Origin: a virus
Taxonomy: Duplodnaviria; Caudoviricetes
DNA length: 37,298 nucleotides
Reading direction: 5' to 3' (one strand)
IMG/VR virus record: IMGVR_UViG_3300032232_000062
Location: 1 to 37,298 of that record
Below are positions 8,958-17,114 of this stretch, piece by piece. A program made the position numbers and the translations under genes. The notes below the pieces were generated by a model. The model was not told the origin of the DNA. It saw only the letters and a program-made list of their open reading frames with translations, and made no database searches. Numbering within the stretch: the first letter of the stretch is position 1; every line of letters starts with the position of its first letter.

Positions 8958-9461
8958 TTATACGTAGTTAACTTCAATTGACGAAGTAACTGGAGGTGCT
9001 TCTGAAAACGTGAGCACAGCGCCAGCAACGCTGTACGTGTTCTTTTGTTGATACACGCCGTTGATGTACACGTTGGTTGCGTTTTCACTTGCTGGCGAGT
9101 TTGCCAATGTAAACGCAACGGTGGAACCATCGCCGGTAAAGTTGGCGATGATTGCGGTAGCATTAAAACTGCTACCCACATTGTCGTATGTAGCAATCAA
9201 AACGCCTGTGCTGGTTTCAAGCGTAAATTTGTACAACCTCAACTGAACCCAAATCTCGCCGCCACTAGGCACACGCCCAGCAGAATTAAGAATAATTGGG
9301 TTGGTGTGCGCGGTGCTGCCAGACGATAAGGTGTACGTGGCTAATGGCGTTGTTGTGCCCGCCTCGTAGGTGTAAATCTTGCCACCGGATAGCGGGACGC
9401 CGTTGTTGTCAAAAAACTGCGCCCCAACACCACCAAAAATTGAAAGAGACACAGCGGGCAT
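8958..9461 (-). CDS. Fibre/tailspike adaptor (167 aa)
   Basis: N-terminal QFFDNNGVPLSGGKIYTYEAGTTTP (tailspike head-binding-like); C-terminal FTGDGSTVAFTL...VYINGVYQ...LTFSEAPP small beta domain. Confidence 0.7.
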   Translation of the reverse strand: MPAVSLSIFGGVGAQFFDNNGVPLSGGKIYTYEAGTTTPLATYTLSSGSTAHTNPIILNSAGRVPSGGEIWVQLRLYKFTLETSTGVLIATYDNVGSSFNATAIIANFTGDGSTVAFTLANSPASENATNVYINGVYQQKNTYSVAGAVLTFSEAPPVTSSIEVNYV

Positions 9462-9469
9462 AATTTGTC

Positions 9470-9958
9470 CTACGCAGTAAGTGCAGCAACTTTATCTTGG
9501 AACGCTTTGATACGAGCGTCCAAGGCGGCAGTCTGGGATTTCAGTGCAGCCTGTTGGCTATCAATTTCAGCCTGGGCCACAGTCTGAGAAGCCTCACGAT
9601 CAGCCACCGCTTTTTCGCGCAGTTCCACCGCAGTTTCACGGTCTACCGCATTTGCCAGCGCGGTGTTAGCTTGTGCAGTGGTATCTTTCACTTTGGCTTT
9701 AGCGTTGTACAACTCTAGCCTAGCCGCATCACGGTCAGTCTTTGCGTCAGCCCGTAAGGCATTTGCTTCTGCGTTGGCTGCGTCTAATTCTTGTTTGGCC
9801 CGTTCGCGGTCAGTCATGGCATCTTTTGCCGCAGACAAAGCACCTTGGCGAACAGCCAACTCGTCACGCACTTGTAGCAACTGCACCAAGTCCTTGGACA
9901 ACTGCTTGGTAATATACTCAATTGGGTCAACTGAGGTTGTGTCGTTAGAGACTTGCAT
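9470..9958 (-). CDS. Coiled-coil protein (162 aa)
   Basis: Ala/Gln/Lys/Glu heptad pattern throughout; GAGG RBS. Confidence 0.7.
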   Translation of the reverse strand: MQVSNDTTSVDPIEYITKQLSKDLVQLLQVRDELAVRQGALSAAKDAMTDRERAKQELDAANAEANALRADAKTDRDAARLELYNAKAKVKDTTAQANTALANAVDRETAVELREKAVADREASQTVAQAEIDSQQAALKSQTAALDARIKAFQDKVAALTA

Positions 9959-9965
9959 TTCGGCC

Positions 9966-10271
9966 TCAAGAATAGTAAGTGATGTTCAACTTGGCGCTGG
10001 CAGTTTGCTCAATAAACTGAATCTGCGACAGATCACCGTCATACTGTAGCGTAACACCAGCGGCCAACGGCATCCCGACGCTTGCGGTTGGAGCTACGCC
10101 ATCGTCACGCCAGCGCACGGCTTGCGTTTCGGGCGTAATGATAGCAATCCGAGGGGACCCAATCAATCCGCTTATATCGCGGGGTGGTACGGTCAATTTG
10201 GTAGCAGAACTCAGACTTGTGATCTGCTGATAGCCCATTACCGAGGTAATTGCTTTAAGGTTAATAGCCAT
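9966..10271 (-). CDS. Small beta-rich virion protein (101 aa)
   Basis: ATG at 10271 overlaps the upstream stop; AGGAG RBS; VRWRDDGVAPTASVGMPL motif. Confidence 0.7.
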   Translation of the reverse strand: MAINLKAITSVMGYQQITSLSSATKLTVPPRDISGLIGSPRIAIITPETQAVRWRDDGVAPTASVGMPLAAGVTLQYDGDLSQIQFIEQTASAKLNITYYS

Positions 10272-10492
10272 CAAAATCTCCTTCTTTCGGTGAATGACCG
10301 AAGTTTAATCAACAATTGGTCTGCACCGACCACCACAGAATCAAAAAACCCGCCGCTGAAAAACGGCCCGCTAAAGTAAGTGTTGTAGGCCGTCTGAAAA
10401 AAGCCGCCGCTAAAGAACTGCCCGCCAAAAAAAGTACCGGCTACAGTCTCAAAAAAGCTCCCGCTAAAAAACGAGCCACCAAAAAAGTTCAT
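10271..10492 (-). CDS. Phe/Gly-repeat microprotein (73 aa)
   Basis: Coupled to both neighbours (ATGA and TGATG overlaps). Three FFxGxFFxGxFF units at an 18-aa period; basic C-terminus. Confidence 0.75.
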   Translation of the reverse strand: MNFFGGSFFSGSFFETVAGTFFGGQFFSGGFFQTAYNTYFSGPFFSGGFFDSVVVGADQLLIKLRSFTERRRF

Positions 10493-10905
10493 TTTGGCCA
10501 GGTGATGTCAAACGGATCATCTTGCGTAGTTATATCACGAAGCTCTTGCCGGTACGCCGCCCATTTTGCTTTGTCAACGGGGGAGTCTTCCAATTGCGTC
10601 CAGTCCGTGTCCTTGAGCATTTGGTTGCGTTGATTGCGGATCACGGCCCATTGAGTGTCAATTCGTGCTTTAAGTTCGTCAGCGGTCAGCGGCTCAACGT
10701 CAACCAAGCAGCACATTCCGTCATAAAGATGCGGAGCGGCAGAAACCAGCTTTTCAGTTGCGTGATCATATGGCTTCCAGACAGATATGACATAGTAACC
10801 AGCCTCGGCAATCCATTCCAACGATGGACCGCGGTCGCCAAACGATGTATTGGGAAACCACTCTGTGTGGTCTTTGATGATTAGATCTTGATTAGCGAGT
10901 TGCAT
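10489..10905 (-). CDS. Tail fibre assembly chaperone (138 aa)
   Basis: C-terminal IRNQRNQMLKDTDWTQLEDSP...WAAYRQELRDIT...WP motif. Confidence 0.8.
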   Translation of the reverse strand: MQLANQDLIIKDHTEWFPNTSFGDRGPSLEWIAEAGYYVISVWKPYDHATEKLVSAAPHLYDGMCCLVDVEPLTADELKARIDTQWAVIRNQRNQMLKDTDWTQLEDSPVDKAKWAAYRQELRDITTQDDPFDITWPK

Positions 10906-10907
10906 GA

Positions 10908-12896
10908 TTACCTCGTTGGGAATGCTGCTGTTGGCGTCGTGATGGTGCGAGCGGCTTTGGTAACTCGAAGGTCTTGCAGGTATCCTGTATAAAACGCAGC
11001 CGCCCCCCCCGCGTTAGCTCCAACCCATAAATTTGCACTACTGTAATTTGTGGTGTCTGTTGCGGTTGATCCAGATTGAGAACCGTTAATATACAATTTT
11101 GTTCCTGCGCTAGACCTAACTAACGCAATATAATACCAATTGCTTGCAGATATTGTTGATGCAGAAGTAATTAAAAGGGTTCCAGTTGCAACGCCGCCAT
11201 ACACAACAATATTCCCGGATGGGTTTATATCAATTTGTAATCCAACCGCCGATGTTGCTGATGCTCTACCAATTTCTAAAAAAACAGGGGTACTAGCAAA
11301 CGATCCAGTTGGATATGCCCAAAATTCAATTGTATAGTCACCTGTTCCAAGTCTTAATCCTAAAGAATCGGGTTGATATAAGTAATCCCCAGTCCCGTCA
11401 AAACTTACGCTAGTAGGAGCCCACTTGTATTGAGCGGTGCTAGCCTGCGCGTTCCCTGCAGTAATTACCTCATTCTGCACCGCAGCGTCGTAGATCCCGG
11501 CGTTGGTAAAGTTGGTCAGGAGCTGAGTCCCCGAAATTGCTGTCAATGGCGTTGTTGGCGGGGTGAAATTGGCGGTATAAACCGCGCTGCTAACAAGCCT
11601 TACGTTTGATATATAACCGTTTAAATAGTAATTGCTGACGTTATAGTAATAACGCCCTACCACAAAAGTTGTTGAGCCAACAATAGCTGAAGTGGCAGTT
11701 GTTGTTCCGACGTTTACGCCATTCAAATATAACTTATGGGAAGTCCCATTTCTTACAAAAGCCACATGGTTCCATGTGTTTGTAGTTACTGCGCTGCTGG
11801 ATGAAACGTCAACAGCCGCCGGACTACCACTTGCGTTACCAACAGACGCAGTCAAGACTCCAGTATTTAAAAAACCCAAAAAAATTCCAAAATTTCCACT
11901 CGCTGTACCAAAGGAACTAAAAACCCCGGAATAATTGGAGTTTGAGTTTAAATAAACCCACGCTTCAACAGTAAAATCTGAAGATCCGACGTTTATTCCC
12001 GTCGCTGACGAGTTATTTAAGTAATCCGTACTGCCATTAAAATACCCACTACCCCCATAAGAGGCAGCGGTGTACGAAGCAGCCGGTGAGAACGGCTGGA
12101 ATGCTTGGACTTGAGGGGTCCCCGTTCCAACTGTAATTGCGCTTGAAAGAGTGGAGCCGTCAACAAAACGGTTGTATCCGCAAGACAAAAAAATTGTGCT
12201 TCCTAAAGCTGTCAACGGTGTTGTTGGCGTTGATGAAATTGTCAAATTAGTGTTTGACAATCTTAAATTTGAAACGTAACCAGAAAATCCGTTTGCTGCG
12301 CTTCTATCTGTGCCAATTCGCATTGCGTCAGTTTGGCTAAACGTGGTGGCTGACGTTCCGGTTCCGTCGGACACTCCATTGACATATAAAGTTGTTTGAT
12401 TTGAACCAGTTCCAGCACGAACAACAGCTACATAATACCAAGTATTTGCCGCAAGACTTGTAGTTCCAGTAATACTTGTTGAAGTGTCAATAAAAACAAG
12501 TTTGTCACCAGAACTAATTTGAAAAACCCATCCGGTTGGCCCAGTAGATGACCCTTTGCAAGCAATTGTATGAGTAGCACCAGATGCAGTCCTGTAAATC
12601 CATGCCTCAATTGTAAAATTTGCAGATCCGAATCTCAGGCTAGAGCTATCAGCAACACTTAAATAACTGCTCGAAAAAAAATTGCTCCATTGTCCCGCCG
12701 GCCAATACGGAGTCACAGAACCCTGCGTCGGGGTGCCGTTGCGCGTAATGGTGTAGTTATTGGTACTGGAGTCCAAAAACGTATTGTTCTGCTGCCCGTT
12801 GGTGCTAGTTGTCTCCAACAGCAACGGAACATACGGAAAAAACGAATCCGTAGTGGCGGCAGAAACCGCCCGACCTGATTTAGATGCAGCAAACAT
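10908..12896 (-). CDS. Receptor-binding protein with three LamG/ConA-like lectin domains (662 aa)
   Basis: Three repeats of (F/Y)T(I/V)E.W.Y...W..(V/I)A.VR....LY.NG...GY...(L/V)R. Confidence 0.85.
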   Translation of the reverse strand: MFAASKSGRAVSAATTDSFFPYVPLLLETTSTNGQQNNTFLDSSTNNYTITRNGTPTQGSVTPYWPAGQWSNFFSSSYLSVADSSSLRFGSANFTIEAWIYRTASGATHTIACKGSSTGPTGWVFQISSGDKLVFIDTSTSITGTTSLAANTWYYVAVVRAGTGSNQTTLYVNGVSDGTGTSATTFSQTDAMRIGTDRSAANGFSGYVSNLRLSNTNLTISSTPTTPLTALGSTIFLSCGYNRFVDGSTLSSAITVGTGTPQVQAFQPFSPAASYTAASYGGSGYFNGSTDYLNNSSATGINVGSSDFTVEAWVYLNSNSNYSGVFSSFGTASGNFGIFLGFLNTGVLTASVGNASGSPAAVDVSSSSAVTTNTWNHVAFVRNGTSHKLYLNGVNVGTTTATSAIVGSTTFVVGRYYYNVSNYYLNGYISNVRLVSSAVYTANFTPPTTPLTAISGTQLLTNFTNAGIYDAAVQNEVITAGNAQASTAQYKWAPTSVSFDGTGDYLYQPDSLGLRLGTGDYTIEFWAYPTGSFASTPVFLEIGRASATSAVGLQIDINPSGNIVVYGGVATGTLLITSASTISASNWYYIALVRSSAGTKLYINGSQSGSTATDTTNYSSANLWVGANAGGAAAFYTGYLQDLRVTKAARTITTPTAAFPTR

Positions 12897-13720
12897 TATG
12901 TGTAGTTTTGGCCGAGTGTTGTTCCGAACCAGCTAGTGCCGTTAGAGAAGAACGAGAAAATATCCCGTTTACTCGCGGTGCTGGTGACTGTTGGCGCTGT
13001 AGCAGAGGGCCAAGACACAGTAGACCAAGTAACCGTCCGGCTTCCTGTAGCGTCTTGGGACAAGATAATAATAAACGATTTACCCGCTACTGCCGTGGGC
13101 ATAGTAATTGTGGCATTACCCGTCAACGTCAGGTTCTGCACCGTGCCGTTCGCCAAATCCACTGTGATTGCTGTGCTGGTATTAGCTGTGTACAGCGTCT
13201 CAACGTAGTTTGTAACCGTTGGGTTCGTTAGCGCGGGGGCATTGTTAAACACCAACACACCAGTGCCTGTCTCATCGGTCATTGCCGAAAGCAAGTTCGC
13301 GCTTGACGGCGTACCCAAGAACGTAAGCACCCCGGTCCCGGTCGTGGTTGTTGCCGGAGCCGCGCCAGCACCACCGCCAATGACTAGGGCATTAGCCGCC
13401 AACGCAGCCGAGGAGGCCCATGTCGTACCGCTTGAGAAGTACGGGACACCGCCGCTCGTTCCAGCAACCGTCAGGGCCAGCGTTCCAGAAGTGGAAACCG
13501 GAGAACCAGCGACCGAAACAATACCGCCCGTAAACGACTGCGCTACAGAAGTAACCGTCCCCGTTGCCGCATAAGCCAAGCTATTCCAAACCGTTGACCC
13601 AGTTCCAACCTTAAACTTGCCCGTATCCGTTTCAACGCCCAACTCGCCCACAGCAAGCGTAGGGTTGGCTGAAGTCCACTGCGCCGCAGTACCATTTCTA
13701 AGCTGAATCTGAACAGCCAT
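12896..13720 (-). CDS. Fibre protein with Mtd-N-like N-terminal domain (274 aa)
   Basis: IQLRNGTAAQWTSANPTLAVGELGVETDTGKFKVG at the N-terminus; Gly/Thr shaft; C-terminal QDATGSRTVTW domain. Confidence 0.8.
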   Translation of the reverse strand: MAVQIQLRNGTAAQWTSANPTLAVGELGVETDTGKFKVGTGSTVWNSLAYAATGTVTSVAQSFTGGIVSVAGSPVSTSGTLALTVAGTSGGVPYFSSGTTWASSAALAANALVIGGGAGAAPATTTTGTGVLTFLGTPSSANLLSAMTDETGTGVLVFNNAPALTNPTVTNYVETLYTANTSTAITVDLANGTVQNLTLTGNATITMPTAVAGKSFIIILSQDATGSRTVTWSTVSWPSATAPTVTSTASKRDIFSFFSNGTSWFGTTLGQNYT

Positions 13721-14325
13721 TATGGCGTCCCTCCGTCAATTGCGGTAATCCCGCCATAGTTACTTGTTGGCGTTCCACCGTCAAGGTTTGGGCTTCCACC
13801 ACCACCACCAGAAGGAGTTGCCCAGGTCCCGTCGCCCCTCCAAAACGTAGTGCCAGATGCAGACGTTCCGCTATTAAGATTGGTGACCGGCAAATTTCCG
13901 GTTACTTGCGTGGCAAGACTGACGTTAGCCAGCGTACCGCCAAGCGTTAGATTACCTGAAGTGGTAACTGTTCCGGTCAGCGTAATGCCGTTTACTGTAC
14001 CAGTGCCGCCAACGCTCGTAACCGTTCCCGACCCGCCACCACCCGTGTATTGCGGAATGTTTAGCACGTTGCTAATAAATGTAGCAGCGCCAGACGTTCC
14101 GGTAGTAGTCAGCGTAATTGGAGCCTGGTAGTCCGTCCCTGCCGTAGCAGCACTAAACGCGCTAGTGCCGTTACCCTTCAAAACACCAGTTAATGTGGTA
14201 GCACCAGTGCCACCATTTGCAACATCAATCGTGCCAGAGAGCGTATGCGCTGCATTCCATGCAGTCGCACCCGTGGCGCTAAACGAACCGTCTGCTGGCG
14301 TTGAATGATTGACAGTTAAGGTCAT
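13720..14325 (-). CDS. Gly/Thr-rich fibre protein (201 aa)
   Basis: [19 protein letters not shown] and [12 protein letters not shown] fibre motifs; C-terminal LDGGTP and IDGGTP. Confidence 0.75.
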   Translation of the reverse strand: MTLTVNHSTPADGSFSATGATAWNAAHTLSGTIDVANGGTGATTLTGVLKGNGTSAFSAATAGTDYQAPITLTTTGTSGAATFISNVLNIPQYTGGGGSGTVTSVGGTGTVNGITLTGTVTTSGNLTLGGTLANVSLATQVTGNLPVTNLNSGTSASGTTFWRGDGTWATPSGGGGGSPNLDGGTPTSNYGGITAIDGGTP

Positions 14326-14684
14326 GCCAAGAACCTCAATCTATACAAGGCACGCAGATAAATTTCTATAATGTTATCAATCAATTGCTGCAAAGACATA
14401 TCCGTCTTGTCAACAATTTCGTACCGACAAGCCTCAATTTCTTTCAACTGCTCTTCCAAAAACTCAACAATGTTAGTCGTTTTCTTGGCAGTCATCAACG
14501 TAATAGGTCCGATCAACCCGTGCCGACCTTGATACGCTTCGGCAAAATCATCTGCCGCTTCAACAATTAGCTCATAAAAATGACCGAGCGCCTTGTGCTT
14601 GCTGTAGCTGCGGGTATTTAGATGTACGCTATGCGCTACATCCCTAGCAAGAAATAGCAAGCCTACAAAATCCGCGCACTTCAT
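14322..14684 (-). CDS. Ferritin/Dps-like four-helix protein (120 aa)
   Basis: [21 protein letters not shown]...[10 protein letters not shown] pattern; translationally coupled to the portal gene. Confidence 0.7.
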   Translation of the reverse strand: MKCADFVGLLFLARDVAHSVHLNTRSYSKHKALGHFYELIVEAADDFAEAYQGRHGLIGPITLMTAKKTTNIVEFLEEQLKEIEACRYEIVDKTDMSLQQLIDNIIEIYLRALYRLRFLA

Positions 14685-16846
14685 TGCATCATCCCTTCAG
14701 AAGGCATCATTTCCATTGGTGCAGGTTCTTGGCGCATTTCAGGCATCAGCATACTTTGCGATTCCATAGCGGCAGCGACCACGCCCATTGCAATGTCTTG
14801 AATCTGCTCTTCGGACATACCCGCCTGAACAGCACTAATACGCTGCGTCTCAGCCTGATACGCCTTAATCTGCGCCTCAAAGTCCTTGCGCTCCATGTCC
14901 TGCGCTTCCATCGACTTGCCGACATTTTGCAGCATATTGTGCAATTGATCCAACTCTGCCGCCATTGCTTGCATTTGCTGCTGCGCGGCTTGCAAAGCTG
15001 GATTGTCCTCGGCATCGCCCATGAGCTTGGGATCAATCGTTTTGGCAAACCGCTTTGCCATTTCCTGCGCCCCAGGCCAGTCCATGTTCTTAACAAACAA
15101 GTCGCCCGCCACGGTCCAAAGTTGTGGATTACCTTGCAGTAGCTGCGCCATTGCCTCAAGTGCCTCTTGGCGCTTGGTGGCATAACCCGGCCCCGTCGCA
15201 ACCACCACGTCGTACTTGCCAACCGACGGGTTGTAAATCTTGTCGATCACAATGCCATCTTGGTTCTGGATCTTACGCACTGGCTCGGCCTGAGTCGGGT
15301 CAATCTTGACCATCTTCGTCTCGCCATCAATCCCGATGATTCTAGCGATGCGCTGCGTGTCGTAAATTTTCGGAATTAAATCAACACATTGCCGACCAAT
15401 GTGCCGCACACCACGCGCCAAGTTGTCTTGGTAGTGGTAAGTGCCAACATCACCCTCACGCTGGCGGGCCAAAATAGCCCTGCCAGAACGCTCGTTAGAT
15501 GTCATGCCTAGCGAGGCGTTGTACTGCCCCGTCGCAGACTTAATGTCTTCCGATGCACCAACTTTAGCTTGCAACAACCCAGATGACGCCATTGGCGGCT
15601 GCGCACGTTGGGGCAGCGGCAATATTGCGCCCTGACCGTCCGTTACGTCTGGATTGACCTCCAAATAAGGCCAGTTATTTGTGTTTGCGGTCTTCCACTG
15701 GGACTCATAGCCCTCAAACTGACCGCCATAACCGATAAACGGGGCCTTTGGAGCCAGCGCAAGCATCTCTGCCTCTTGGCTAGTCCAATAGTTGTACATC
15801 CGTTGGGCATCTTTTGCGTTACGCACCAGCCCACTGATGTAAATGCGGCCTTCAACTTCGTACTCGTTGCCAATAATCCGCACAACGGGGATGCAACTAC
15901 CAGCCCAATCTTGCTCTTCAAGGATTTCGTAGCCGTTGATCTTGCACCACTTGATCTTCTTGCGATCCGCTTGGCGCGACTTCTTCGGTTTGCCGTAAAC
16001 CGCCCGCAACTCTTTGTCTTCCGGCGTTCCTTGGAACGCAGTCACATTGCCGGGGTACAAATTCAACGTCTGCGTGTCGTATTCGCAATAAAAATACTCA
16101 GCAATTCGTATCGTATCGGTATTTAGCCACTGGCTCAGGTTCTGATCCCCTACACCCAACGTCTCAAGCGTAGAGAGTGGCGATGCGTTAGGAAACAACC
16201 GTGCGTATTCGGCTTTAGACAAGTCTTCCGTAATAAAACACCACTCGGCATCACTGCCGCACGGGTCCTGAATCAGCGGGTCCATGTAGACCGAGAAGCT
16301 ATTGCGTACCCGAGCGATCTTAATATCTTGGTCAAACGTATTGTCGTCGCAATACTCGGTCAGAATCCGAATATAACCCTCTCCGTAGGCGACTTGGTTT
16401 TCACAGGCCGTGTCGTAGGCCACATCTGCATCCGAGATGTACTCGATATGCCGAATCATGCCGTTAAAAATCTCGGCAACCTCAACATCTGCGTTGTCAT
16501 CTACTGGGATGACCTTAACGCTAGGCCGGTTCTGGCGCTGATCGTTAGTGATCTGGTGAACGTGCTGCGGAAGTTTATTAATCGTCAAGCATGGCCGCGC
16601 ATTGATCGTCTGCCCCTGCACCGCACCACGGGTCGCCAGCACATCGGCGGGCCACTGCCACTGGTTATCAGGGCTACCCGCGTAGAACCGCAGGTCGTCT
16701 AGCTCATCCTCTCGACTCTCCGAATACGCCGAGATTGCCATTGACAGGCGATCCCGTGCTGTTGACAGCACATCCGAGTCGCTTTTGAGTGGTTTGCCAC
16801 CCAGTGCGACGTTGCCAACAGCGTTAATACCAGTGTAATCGCTCAC
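14681..16846 (-). CDS. Portal protein, P22-like (721 aa)
   Basis: RPCLTINKL and GLVRNAKDAQRMYNYW motifs, Gln/Met-rich C-terminal barrel; follows the terminase genes. Confidence 0.93.
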   Translation of the reverse strand: MSDYTGINAVGNVALGGKPLKSDSDVLSTARDRLSMAISAYSESREDELDDLRFYAGSPDNQWQWPADVLATRGAVQGQTINARPCLTINKLPQHVHQITNDQRQNRPSVKVIPVDDNADVEVAEIFNGMIRHIEYISDADVAYDTACENQVAYGEGYIRILTEYCDDNTFDQDIKIARVRNSFSVYMDPLIQDPCGSDAEWCFITEDLSKAEYARLFPNASPLSTLETLGVGDQNLSQWLNTDTIRIAEYFYCEYDTQTLNLYPGNVTAFQGTPEDKELRAVYGKPKKSRQADRKKIKWCKINGYEILEEQDWAGSCIPVVRIIGNEYEVEGRIYISGLVRNAKDAQRMYNYWTSQEAEMLALAPKAPFIGYGGQFEGYESQWKTANTNNWPYLEVNPDVTDGQGAILPLPQRAQPPMASSGLLQAKVGASEDIKSATGQYNASLGMTSNERSGRAILARQREGDVGTYHYQDNLARGVRHIGRQCVDLIPKIYDTQRIARIIGIDGETKMVKIDPTQAEPVRKIQNQDGIVIDKIYNPSVGKYDVVVATGPGYATKRQEALEAMAQLLQGNPQLWTVAGDLFVKNMDWPGAQEMAKRFAKTIDPKLMGDAEDNPALQAAQQQMQAMAAELDQLHNMLQNVGKSMEAQDMERKDFEAQIKAYQAETQRISAVQAGMSEEQIQDIAMGVVAAAMESQSMLMPEMRQEPAPMEMMPSEGMMQ

Positions 16847-16989
16847 TTTTTCTTCGCCGTCTTTGCAGACTCTTTAAAGTCTTTAGCCGTTGGCGCTCCG
16901 GCAGTTCCGGGTTTACGCATCTTCTCGCCAGAACCGGCTTTAATACGTTCCTGCTTCGCGTGAATATTGGCGTATAAGCCCTTCTTCAT
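16843..16989 (-). CDS. Lys-rich microprotein (48 aa; not in the ORF track)
   Basis: MKKGLYANIHAKQERIKAGSGEKMRKPGTAGAPTAKDFKESAKTAKKK; ATGA and GTGA overlaps with both neighbours. Confidence 0.8.
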   Translation of the reverse strand: MKKGLYANIHAKQERIKAGSGEKMRKPGTAGAPTAKDFKESAKTAKKK

Positions 16990-17114
16990 TTCTTTGCCGC
17001 CGCGCGTTTGGTTGCGTATGCAATTGCAACTGCTTGTTTGACCGGCTTGCCAGCTTTAACTTCAGTCTTGATGTTTTCTTTGAACGCTTTAGGGGAAGCA
17101 GACTTTTTGAGCAT
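16986..17114 (-). CDS. Lys-rich microprotein (42 aa; not in the ORF track)
   Basis: MLKKSASPKAFKENIKTEVKAGKPVKQAVAIAYATKRAAAKK; TAATG overlap with the terL stop. Confidence 0.8.
   Translation of the reverse strand: MLKKSASPKAFKENIKTEVKAGKPVKQAVAIAYATKRAAAKK

Noticed and set aside
10316-10633. Histone H1-like KKPAAK ORF on the + strand
   Set aside because: It is the reverse-complement shadow of the TTT/GGC codons of the Phe-Gly gene, lies antisense to a tightly coupled operon and has no clear RBS.
10908-13720. Diversity-generating retroelement suggested by the Mtd-N-like domain
   Set aside because: No reverse transcriptase and no template/variable repeat pair seen; the LamG repeats are diverged protein-level repeats.
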